Shown here: piece after piece, positions 13,251 to 24,791 of the stretch | Position numbering within the stretch: position 1 is the stretch's first letter | How the letters are laid out: each line of letters opens with the position of its first letter | NCBI RefSeq assembly: GCF_006345805.1 | Contig: NC_043002.1 | Span: 98,580,001-98,644,000 of the forward strand | Origin: Octopus sinensis | Lineage: Eukaryota | Direction: 5' to 3' | DNA length: 64,000 nt | The notes under the pieces: generated by a model | What the model saw: only the letters and a program-made list of their open reading frames with translations | Told to the model about the DNA's origin: nothing | The model's database searches: none | Program-made: the position numbers and the translations under genes

Positions 13251-14749
13251 CAGTATTTCAGGTGAGCAATCAGCCGTAAAATGCATTAAGATTATGATTG
13301 GCGGAATTAATAACTGCTAAAATGCACCTATTACCTATAGCATTTCCCATTCTTTCTAGACACCTGTGACCTTCATTACATTGTTAGTTGAATAGTGTAT
13401 GGATTATAAGATAAATATCCAGTGTTAATCTTTAATCTATTTCTCTTAATTTCTTTTGAATTTTATGTATTTTACATACACAAGGTCATCATTTGTTCTT
13501 AAGTTGTTTTTTTTAACCCTGGGTCGAACCCCCATTAAGCATACCTACGAAAAGAAAGCATTGTTTTTATAATGGACCCATTTTTTTTCTAGCAATAGCA
13601 TACTTCAGATTATATTACCCCATGTATCCTACCTTTTTTAAGATCTGCAGGGTGAATATTTAGAATGTTTTTGGTTGCTGTTTCTGGAAAGTTGAGTAAC
13701 TATGTAGAGGTATCCTTGTTGACTGTAACTTCTGTTGTTTTTCTTAGTAGATAACCTTGGACTAATTTAATGAAACAGTTTGTGATATTTAAAAATATCT
13801 AGAGGAACACTTGTTGATTGTCTTGTCAGTTCAATATCCCCATATAAGATCTAGTGATTAATCCCATCATAATGATACTTAAATAATTTATATTAATATA
13901 TCAATTTTCTATGGCCAGTGAAGCAATCAAGCCATTTAATGATTGGACTTCAAAAGAATTAAAAAAAAAAGAAAAAGAAACATATAAATTAATTCTGCTA
14001 TTTATGAGGTAAAACCAGCTGTCTGCATTACTGCACAGAATTAACAAATGAAAACGTTATAAAGATTTAATTTTTATCCCAGTGTTCAACTAATAAATAT
14101 TAGATTTAACTGAATTTCTGCATCCCCACCATCACTATCTCTCCGGCTTTATCCCATTTATTTCCTTCCTTCCTTCCGTCTGTCTGTCTGTCTATCCATC
14201 TGTCTATCTATAATGTGGGGTAGCCCTGAATCTCCTCTACATTAACAAACCTATTCTTGCCCCTCTTATAGTACTTTTACCTTTCAACACCTTATTTAAA
14301 ACCAATTTCATTCTCAGCTATGGAAGGATGAAAGGCAAAGTTGACTTCAGTGGGGTTTGAACACAGATCATAAAGAGCCAGAGAAAAAAACCATAAAATA
14401 TTTTTTCAGATACTATGATGAGTTAGGCAGTTCACTGCCCTGATAATAAAAATAATTGTTTCAATTTCAGCAGTTTTGAAAGGAAGGTAGTAATCAATTA
14501 CAGCAGCCTTGGTATGTGACTGGTACTTTATCAGCCTTGATAGAATGAAAAGCAAAGTTGGCCTCAGCTATTTTCGAACTCGGAAAGTAAAGAGCTGGAG
14601 AAAAATACCTCAAAATTTTAATGTTTCTAGTATTATTTGTAAGAGGGTCACAAAGCCTGAAATTTAGAGGAAGGTGATTAGTTGATTATATTGAGCTGAT
14701 GGTGCTCTATTTCATCAGTCCCTAGAAGGATAAAAGGCAGAGTGGGATC

Positions 14750-15190
14750 ATCATCATCATCGTTTAATGTTCGCTTTCCATGCTAGCATGGATTGGACGA
14801 TTTGACTGGGGGCCGGTGAACCGGATGGCTGCACCAGGCTCCAATCTTGATCTGGCAGAGTTTCTACAGCTGGATGCCCTTCCTAACGCCAACCACTCTG
14901 AGAGCCTAGTGGGTGCTTTTACATGCCACCGGCACGGGGGCCAGTCAGGCGGTACTGGCAATGACCTTGCTCGAATATTTTTTACATGTGCCACCGGCAC
15001 AAGTACCAGTAAGGCGACGCTGGTAATGTGGTAATGATCATGCTCAAATGGTGCTTTTTACATGCCACCGGTACGGAAGCCAGTCAGCCGCTCTGGCAAC
15101 GATCACGCTTGGCTGGTGCTCTGGTAATGATCACACTCGAATGGTACCTTTTATGTGCCACTGGCACGGAAGCCGGTTAGCCACTCTGTT
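14750..15190 (-). mobile_element. Interspersed retroposon with (GAT)n tail and internal ~60-bp tandem subrepeats (related pieces near 9.3-9.5k, 15.3-15.6k, 25.06-25.2k, 39.0-39.2k)
   Basis: Shared ggcattaggaagggcatccagc motif and (CAT)n end; about 4 subrepeats of tttacatgccaccggcacgg... Confidence 0.65.
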
Positions 15191-16586
15191 GACGATCACA
15201 AACACAAAATGTAAAATTTGGGAACAAATATCAAAAAAGCATTTTGTAATTGTTCAAACAATTCTGCTAATCCACTACTCTTAATAATAATTGTAATAAT
15301 AATCCTCGCCAATGCTAGTGTTCACATGAAAAGTACCTATTCTATTCTGTAAAGTGGTTGGCATTAGGAAGGGCACCCAGCTGTGAAAACCATGCCAATC
15401 GAATATTGTCAGTACTAGTGTTATGTAAAAAGTACCCAGCTCACTCTGTAAAGTGGCTGGCATTAGGAAGGGCATCCAGCCGTAAAAACCATGCTAAACA
15501 GACAATGGAGTTTGGTTCAGTCCTCTAGCATGTCAACTATTGTCAAAGCATCCAAGGTATACCAGCATGGAAGATAGGTGTTAGGTGATGATGATGATGA
15601 TAATGATGAAGGTAAAAGGCCTGAAATTTTGTGGAATTGGGTAGTTGATATATCGACGCCTGTGCTTAACTGATACTTAATTTTATCAACTCCGAAAGGA
15701 TGAAAGGCAAAGATGACCTCAGCAGGATTTAAAGTTGGAAGAACTGCTGCTGAAATTTTATCTGGTGCTCTAACAACCTTACCAGTTTGCCATCTGGTAA
15801 TGTTAATATTAATACTAATACAAATAATTATACTCATAGTAATTATTTCTAATTTAGCTCCTAGGCCAGTAATTTTGGCAAGGAGAGACTTGTTGATTAA
15901 ATTGGCCCCAATACTTGATTAGTACTTTTACAACAAAAATCTTTATAATTTAATTGGTTTCAACAAATTACTTTATACCATGACATGAAGTAATCTAAAA
16001 ATTTCATAATTAAGATTAATTAATTAATACATAACAATTTTTAAAAAATATTTTTATATTTTTTTTCAGTTTACATTAGTTGTACTTCCCTTCTTCTTTC
16101 ATTTCCTTATAGTATTTTTTTAAAAAGAGAAAAAGTCTTCTTCCACATCATTTATACTTCACAAACCTCATGTAATTTCTGCAAAACCAGAACGTTTTTC
16201 TCTTTTATTTCTGCTTTCTTTGCAAGCTTTTATTGAAACATTCTTCATTGTTTGTTTCTCTCTTTAATCGGTGGCATTTCTTTTTAAATGTTCACACTTA
16301 AAATATCATCAAGCTCTCAAACATTCCGCCCTTTGCCAAATCTATTTCTCCTTTTTAGCTCTCCCTCTTCTCTCTCTCTCTCTCTCTCTCAATCTCCATT
16401 TTCCTTTCTCATTTTCTCTGTTCTTTTTTATCTCTTCTTTATCTTCCATCCTCTCCTTTCCTTTTCTCTCTCTCTCTCTCTCTCCCTCTTTCATTTCACT
16501 TTCCTTTATTCTGTTATTTTCTTATATTTCTCTCTTCAATGAATAATGCACACACATACATGCACACATATTTTCACAGATCCGCT

Positions 16587-17224
16587 CATTTATTTCAGTG
16601 TCTATTAGAACCTCTTTCACTCCTCCCTCTCTCTATCCATCCTCTCCCTCTCTATCTCTCTTCTCTTTTCTTCTCTCCCTCCCCATCTCTCTCAACCCAT
16701 CTCTCTCTCTCTCTCTGACACACACACACACACACACATACACATTTATTTCAGTGTCTATTAGAACCTCTTTCACTCCTCCCTCTCTCTATCCATCCTC
16801 TCCCTCTCTATCTCTCTTCTCTTTTCTTCTCTCCCTCCCCATCTCTCTCAACCCATCTCTCTCTCTCTCTCTCTCTCTGACACACACACACACACACACA
16901 TACACATTTATTTCAGTGTCTATTAGAACCTCTTTCACTCCTCCCTCTCTCTATCCATCCTCTCCCTCTCTATCTCTCTTCTCTTTTCCTCTCTCCCTCC
17001 CCATCTCTCTCAACCCATCTCTCTCAACCCATCTCTCTCTCTCTCTGACACACACACACGCATACACATTTATTTCAGTGTCTATTAGAACCTCTTTCTC
17101 TCCTCCCTCTCTCTATCCATCCTCTCCCTCTCTATATCTCTTCTCTTTTCTTCTCTCCCTCCCCATCTCTCTCAACCCATCTCTCTCTCTCTCTCTCTGA
17201 CACACACACACACACACATACACA
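16587..17224. repeat. ~156-162-bp tandem repeat, 4 copies, pyrimidine-rich with CT/CA tracts
   Basis: Units start at 16587, 16743, 16905 and 17067 (catttatttcagtgtctattagaacc...). Confidence 0.93.
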
Positions 17225-17949
17225 CAAGAAGGCCCTACCTTATATAAACCTATTGTTCTTCATTCACAAAAGAGTCTCAAACACTTAAGCAAACTGGTTG
17301 ATATACATACATACATACATACATACATCTACACACATCTATACACACATACACACACATCACAATAAAACAACAAATAACAAAAATCAAAAGCTACTGT
17401 TACAACAACAACAACAACAACGACAGGAACATTACAAGTGACATGTAGTTTTGTGTACATATAAAAGACTGCTACTGACATCTTCTTTCTAAATAGAAGT
17501 TCAGTTTACATAAAGGTGTTTAACATTTTTGGGGTCAGAAAATGTTAGCTGCTGTGAGAAATTCTGTCCCTGCATTGGCAATATATAATGTGGGTGGTGA
17601 TGGTGGTAGGGAGTTCTGATAATGTAGCAAATACTTTTTCTATATCATCATCTCATCCTACTCCCTTCTTTGTCCCTGCTACCACCATAGCCAACCATGT
17701 AGAGAGGGGGAGGGGTAGAGTAATTGTTTCATTATTGTTGTTGCTGCTGTTATGGTTCTCTTGTGTTTTGTTTTTGTTATACATTCAAGTCAATTCATTC
17801 TTATTATGTGTTTGTGTTTGTTATTGTTGCCATTTAGTAGCAAGTCAGCCAAGACTGTCAGACTTATGATCAAAGGCATTCCAGATGTGACCATCCCATT
17901 GCAGGCAGTGAACCACATTATTCAATGATTTTTTTTTTTTTTTCTAAAA

Positions 17950-18265
17950 AGACAGTTATTGTTTGTAAGTCTAGTACTTATTCTACTGGTCTCTTTTGCC
18001 AAACTGTCAAGTTACAGGGATGTAAACACACCAACATTGGTTGTCAAGCAATGGTGTTGGGGACAAACACACATAGATACACATACACGTGTACATATAT
18101 GTATGTATGTATGACGGGTTTCTTTCCGTTTCCGTCTACCAAATCCATCCACAAGACTTTGGTCGGCTTGAGACTATAACAACAGACACTTGACCAAGGT
18201 GCCATGCAGTGGGATTGAACCCGGAATCATGTGGTTGGTAAACAAGCTTCTTACCACACAGCCAC
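17950..18265 (-). mobile_element. SINE family B, degenerate
   Basis: Diverged match to family B. Confidence 0.7.
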
Positions 18266-18503
18266 ACACTCAAATAAAAGTACTGGGATCAATTTGTTAT
18301 TCAACTAAACCATTCGAGGTGATGCCCCATCGTGGCTGCAATCCAATGAATGTTACAAGTAAAAAGGAAATTAAGATAAAAGATATTTCTTGATCAGAGC
18401 TGATCTGGGGTTACACAACAATAAAAACAAGTATAAATGATAACTATATGACATGCAAGTAGAAAGCACCTTAACATATATAGCAGTGTAGTAACAGATG
18501 TAA

Positions 18504-18906
18504 TCTTTATATATAAAAGAGAGGTTGTGTGCAGTCTGTCTCCTACGATTTAGATTCCTAACTACTCCCACATTTTGCGGTGCAGTTTAACCAAAACCGG
18601 GTATCTTATTGTCGTGATTCATATCGAGCCCTTCTGGGTAATAGCGCACGTCTACGATGAGTCTACGATTTAAAAAAAATTTACCATCATTTTTTTTCTA
18701 TTTTAATGCATTTTTTCGCTATTATATAAGGGAAGTAACTCTCTAAAAATGTCTACGATGAGTCAACGATTTAAAAAAAAATTTACCATAATTTTTTTTT
18801 TCCATTTTGAATGCAGTTTTTTGCTACTTTTTGGCTATAACTCTCTAAAAATGCTTATATAGTTATTTCCCTTACAAACCCGAGCAACGCCGGGCGATAC
18901 TGCTAG
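18504..18906 (+). mobile_element. Non-autonomous Helitron
   Basis: A|TC...CTAG|T with hairpin. Confidence 0.88.
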
Positions 18907-19310
18907 TTTACTATAAACCAGTGAGAGAACCTCTCAGTAATGTCTTGATTTGCTATAAATAGCTGTCATTGTCTTTCCAAAATTGAACTCTACCACCTTA
19001 TAAGAATGAAGGATGCATTGATAAGGTCATTTTGGAATGTCTTTTTGTATATCATCATCTCATCCTACTCCCTTCTTTGTCCATTGCCTACCACCATTGC
19101 CAACCATATAGAGAAGGAGGGGTAGGTTAATTATTTCATTATTGTTGTTGTTGCTGTTATGGTTCTCTTGTGTTTTGTTCTGTTATACATTCAAGTCAAT
19201 TCATTCTCATTATGTGTTTGTGTTTGTTATTGTTGCTATTTAGTAGCAAGTCAGCCAAGACTGTGCAGACTTATGATCAAAGTCTGCTTGATCAGTCATA
19301 ACTCTGATGG

Positions 19311-19346
<36 letters not shown>

Positions 19347-19586
19347 ATCAATATAGTTACACTGGTTTAGTATCTCTCTCATTTTCTCTTCCTATCTAGC
19401 TCTATCTCTCTTTCTGTCTAACACTCTGTTTCTCTTTCTGTTTCTCTCTCGTTTTCTTCCTCACTCACTCCCACCTGCCCCCCCTCTCTCTCTCACTTTG
19501 TTACCCTCTCACTTTCTTCTTTGGAAGTCTGTTTCCCTGTATTGTTATGTATATGTTTCAACATTTGTACAGACACAAATTCACAG

Positions 19587-19628
<42 letters not shown>

Positions 19629-19671
19629 ACAGACACACACACACACACACACACAGACACACCACACACAC

Positions 19672-19710
<39 letters not shown>

Positions 19711-20032
19711 ACACACACACACGAGAAATAGTTTAGCAGACATTCAACACAAACCCTTATTCATAAAATAAAAGCACAGCAACAAAAAAAAAAAAAGAAA
19801 CATTGAATTTTACTTCCTCTTGAATAATAAACATCAAGTTCAAATTGATGGCTGTTTGCTTGCTTATTCTTCTAATGAGAGTGGATATGGTTCACATAGT
19901 CATTTTATTGCTTCACAACAATTGTATGTCCACACCTAAAGACATGTATGTGTGTGTGTTTTTTGTTAGTTCTCATAATTATGGCCATGCTAGAGCACCA
20001 TTTTCTGTGAGGAATATTTTTTATATGTATGT

Positions 20033-20433
20033 ATACTCTTTTACTTGTTTCAGTCATTTGACTGCGGCCATGCTGGAGCACCGCCTTTATTCGAGCAAAT
20101 CGACCCCGGGACTTATTCTTTGTAAGCCCAGTACTTATTCTATCGGTCTCTTTTGCCGAACTGCTAAGTAACGGGGACGTAAACACACCAGCATCGGTTG
20201 TCAAGCAATGCTAGGGGGACAAACACAGACACACACACACACACACACATATATATATGCATATATACGACAGGCTTCTTTCAGTTTCCGTCTACCAAAT
20301 CCACTCACAAGGCATTGGTCGGCCCGGGGCTATAGCAGAAGACACTAGCCCAAGATGCCACGCAGTGGGACTGAACCCGGAACCGTGTGGTTGGCTAGCA
20401 AGCTACTTACCACACAACCACTCCTGCGCCTAT
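20033..20433 (-). mobile_element. SINE family B
   Basis: Full-length match to family B. Confidence 0.85.
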
Positions 20434-21109
20434 ATATATAATTTTTTGTTATGTATATCCTAGATTAAAGATTTTAGTTTAGCTGCTAAACTTGGAAGAT
20501 CAATAATTTACTAGGTTGTTGTTGTTGATTAATCTCAAGCCATTCTTGAATCGTTATTCAATGTGTGCCTCCTTTTATTGAGGTGGTAGTGTATATTTTG
20601 AGGGAATCTTTTGTTACTACTTTTAACATGATAAATGACCACATTGAATCCTCAAATTGATGAATTACAACCTACTGTAAGTAGCTGGTGCACATAGTTA
20701 ACTATAGTGCATGTCAATATCCTTTAAAAGTCTCAAGTAAGACTTTATTTAAATCTCTCAGCCCTTTTAGAAGGCAGATAGATGACGAGCTATTGCAGTA
20801 TAGATTTCTAATACAGGATTGTGAAGGTATGTATAACTTTGGGGGTCAAATAGTAAATTTTTTCTTTTTTATCATTCCTTATAACAGTCCAAAACTTTGA
20901 GCAAGACCAATGGTTTTCATTAGTAGTTTTCACTCTTTAAGAAATTCCAAGAAGCAAAATCCTAACCTTCCAGCTTTTGATCTAGTTTGGTTTCTAATGT
21001 AAAATGCTGTGGTGGACTATTTTAAAGGCTTTGGTGAGGCCTAAAAGTATATGTTATAATAGATTTTTGTCATTTTAGAATTAAGTTGTGCTAAAAATGT
21101 TTTATAAGT

Positions 21110-21400
21110 AATTTCTTTCTGGGAAAGGAAGTCTGCTGGATATAATTTAATGAATTCCATATTTTTTTCAAAAAAAAGAAGTTTATTATCTTTCTGCATA
21201 CAATTCCCTCTAGATCTTTTGAAGAACTGATGTTAGAACTATATGTCTGTAGTTGCTTTTGTGCTTTTCTCCTGCTTTTAGGAATTAGTATTAGCATAGT
21301 GTTTTTCAGCATTATTGGCAGACAACCAATGTTTAAATAATTTTGGTAGTGTGTTTTCAGGGAGTTTACAAAGTTGTTTTGCAGAATGATTTTATGAAGA
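21110..21400 (-). mobile_element. Decayed LINE reverse-transcriptase fragment (CR1/L2-like)
   Basis: Frameshifted GCLP...KNTMLILIPK...SNYRHIVLTSV..K.LEGIV.RKIINF, resembling the NYRPISLTS region. Confidence 0.55.
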
Positions 21401-22534
21401 AAGTTGCAAGACTGCCTAGTTTTGAGCTTAGTATGCATCAAGACATCTTATTATTTTGGTGATTTTTTTTCTTTTAGAATTGTATGTTACATCACTGTGA
21501 TAAGTAGTTGACTCTTTTCATCTTTTAATCAAGAGATAAGGCAGTGCCCATGATCCAGGCCTTTAAGCAGGTGAGAGCTAGGTATCCTCAAAACCTAACA
21601 CTTGACCCAAATGCTTGTTATAGATTAGTTTCTGCTAAAGGCACCCAAGGTTGCCAGATGGATGACACATTAAGTCTACCACCCAAGTAAGCCACAGCAA
21701 GATTTGAACACAGTACACAAAGAACCAGAACAAATTCTGCAAGGCATCTAGTTTGATATTCTTTCAATTCCATCAGTCTACCATTCTGGGTCAGTACTTT
21801 TTTAATGATCCCCAAAAGAAGAAAAATAAGTTTACCTCAATAGGATTTGAACTCAAATCCTAGAGACCCATAACAAATACTGCAAGTTATTCTATCTGAC
21901 ACTTTTATGACTGTCAATTTGCCACGTAAGTATCAAATATCTTTTGATGTTTAATTTGTCGCTTTCTCCTTGGTAAAGAGAAAACGCTTTCATGTTATTC
22001 TTTGAGTAGTTGACAAATACCAAAAGGGTCACCAGGTATACAAGCCATTTGGAGACTCTGAGTTGGTCAAGGTTGTAGATTGTTACCTTGCGGAAGAAAG
22101 CTTTTGTATTCATTTGACCAACCACAATGAAATCTTGTATTATTAGTCATTCCTCTTCAAAGGATCATATCAGTGCAGTGTCAATATTTTTGATTTAATC
22201 TTCTTTCGGTCGGTCTCTGCGTGAGAGCTAGATTAAAGAAATCTTTAGCAACATTTGAACTTTTCATTGTGGGTATTCACCTGTCTCCAGAAATACTGCA
22301 GCGTAATTTAGTTGAATACCTGAGAATGTAAGTTAAGTTTTCAGTCTTCCTCACTTATGAAAGTCTGTTTTCTTTCCCAGAATTAAACTGGTTCAAAATT
22401 GATAGACTAATCTACTTTTCATACTTTATCAGTGATTGCCTTCCAGTTAGATTTAGGGGAATCAGTGTATATGTATATCTATATAATCAGTATGTGGGGT
22501 GATTATAAACAAGAAAAAAACCAACAAGAATGGA

Positions 22535-22635
22535 TTAGTTGTTCAGTACAATTGTTTCATACGAAGAACAGCTTTATTAAAAGCTGCAAATATTGCAGCA
22601 AATACAAGTGTCCCGTATTCATCAGCCAAAACACA
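22535..22635 (-). ncRNA. Minimal type I hammerhead ribozyme motif, catalytic core intact
   Basis: Minus strand reads ttttgg-CUGAUGA-auacg-[50 nt]-cguau-GAAA-C-AAUU-G-UA/cugaac. This gives a stem II of 5-7 bp, a single-bp stem III with a palindromic tetraloop, a GUA cleavage triplet (cut between 22547 and 22546) and a wobble-rich stem I. Confidence 0.75.
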
Positions 22636-23178
22636 TGTGAGTTTTCGAAACATCCTTGGGGGTGAAGCTACACTCATGAAGTATCGAAGAGAGTTCTATG
22701 AAAATCAAGGTTAGATTGTAAGCAGACTTCAAATCAGTATGTGTATATTTCAGAACACTCGCTTTTCTAGGCAATGGATTTGTAATAAGAATACTAAATC
22801 TAATCAAGCTGGCAATACAGTTCATTGCTAGTAGCACTGCTACGGCTACTACTACAATATCACCAGTGACACTAAAAATAATAAAGTGGTAATGAGGGAA
22901 CCTTTATGTAATCGCTTGATCTGCTAGAAATAACAGCCATTTTTTAAATTCAAACCACACACCACCTTCTTAACAAAAATAAACAGAAAGACAAGATTAT
23001 CCAGTGTGATTCTAGATATACAAAAGAATGGGTTGGTTGTTGCTGGAAATACCTTTGATCATAGGTTCAAATGCTTTTGTTCAATCAGGACTGATCTGGG
23101 GTTAAACAACATTAACAACAAATAACAAGTCCATAATGGATCGTCCATATGGTTTCTTGGTATGCTGGAAACAGCAGC

Positions 23179-23219
<41 letters not shown>

Positions 23220-23555
23220 TTCAACTAATACATTACTATCTTAAAAAATAGAAATGACTCATTGCTATCTTAAACAAAGGAAATAATGTGGTCTTGTATT
23301 TGAAGGAAAAAAGTGAGATAATTGCAGTAGGGGTCATTATTGAACTGATGTTAAACAACAACAACAGCAACAAAGATAGCAACATTAAACATATTAGTAG
23401 TCAAGATAATTTGTATTAAGCATCACTGAACTCTTTGTCTCTCTACTGAGGCTCTGTTAAAGGTAAATATATGGCTTACCATTTCATTCTTGAAGTCTGT
23501 TGAAGGTTTTGGGGTACAATTCTGTAAGTTTAGGAAATGGTAATTTATTATACAA

Positions 23556-23953
23556 CTAGCAGTATCGCCCGGCATTGCTTGGGTTTGTAAGGGAAATAAC
23601 TATATAAGCATTTTTAGAGATGTAAAGTATAATAGCCATCTCAATATGGCTAACTACAAAGGGGGGGGGTGTTACTGTAGCTTTTTACGTTCTGAGATTT
23701 AATAATAAATTTTTAGAGAGTTACTTCCCTTATATATGCCAAAAATGCATTAAAAATGTGAAAAATTGATGGTAAATTATTTTTTAAATCGTAGACTCCT
23801 TGTAGACGCGCGCTAATACCCAGAAGGGCTCGATATGAATCACGACTATAAGATACGCGGTTTTGGTTAAACTGCACCGCAAAATGTGGGAGTAGTTAGG
23901 AATCTAAATCGTAGGAGACAGACAGCACACAACCTCTCTTTTATATATAAAGA
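23556..23953 (-). mobile_element. Non-autonomous Helitron, variant internal segment
   Basis: A|TC...CTAG|T on the minus strand; internal block shared with 44484-44874. Confidence 0.88.
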
Positions 23954-24417
23954 TGTTTCCACCACTTGCATTCTGTGAACTATATGTTCTCATAGTTTCT
24001 GTTTGTAACTAGATGGAATGAACCCTTGAAAGTTACAAATGGATTATTATGAAGCACTAGTAATGACTTAATAAATCACTGTCCTTGGACAGGAAAATTA
24101 ACATGTTATTCATGAAGCTGATACTATCATGTAGGTACAAGAATGTTAATAAAAGATAATTAAAAGTTGAAACTCTATAATTGATTGAAATATTTCCTGC
24201 TAATTAAAATATTCTTTATATATAATCTATAATTCTATAATCTGTCTGTGAGAGACATTTAAGGCTTCACAGTTGTTAACCTTTTAACCTGAGGCAGCTA
24301 TAAACATGAATTCTAAAACTGATCAGTTTTACAACCCACGTATTTTGTATGGCTTTCAAATATAATTGCTGAGAGGATGTAGTATTTGACTATTGATTCA
24401 TTTGTCTCGAGTTGAAA

Positions 24418-24791
24418 TCTCTCTCTATATAAATGGCAGTTTGTCTGTCTGCGTGTCTGTATGTCTGTTAGGTTGTACCCTCACCCTGACCACGGCTTTC
24501 AACTGATTCTGATGAAACTTGACACACACATAGCCCAATGTCATACTTCAAAACTAACGCAGCGAAAATTTTGAAAAGTTCCCCCAGTTCTGAAAAAAAT
24601 CGATAAATTCGACATGGGGTCGAGAATCAGAAACACAAACCACAGACTGTCTAGGGGACGCAACTCGACCTTTTTAACTCTCAAAAAAAAAATTTACCAT
24701 CATTTTTTTCCATTTTTTGGTTATAACTCTCTAAAAATGCTTTATAGTTATTTCCCTTAGAAACCCGAGCAACGCCGGGCGATACTGCTAG
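24418..24791 (+). mobile_element. Non-autonomous Helitron with an unrelated 5' half
   Basis: A|TC start, same 3' ~120 bp with hairpin and CTAG|T; the first ~250 bp are not homologous to other copies. Confidence 0.82.

Noticed and set aside
17588-17869. Hydrophobic ORF as the missing Sema5 signal-peptide exon
   Set aside because: The hydrophobic stretch comes from a (TTG/CTG) repeat in a duplicated block; no phase-1 donor was found.
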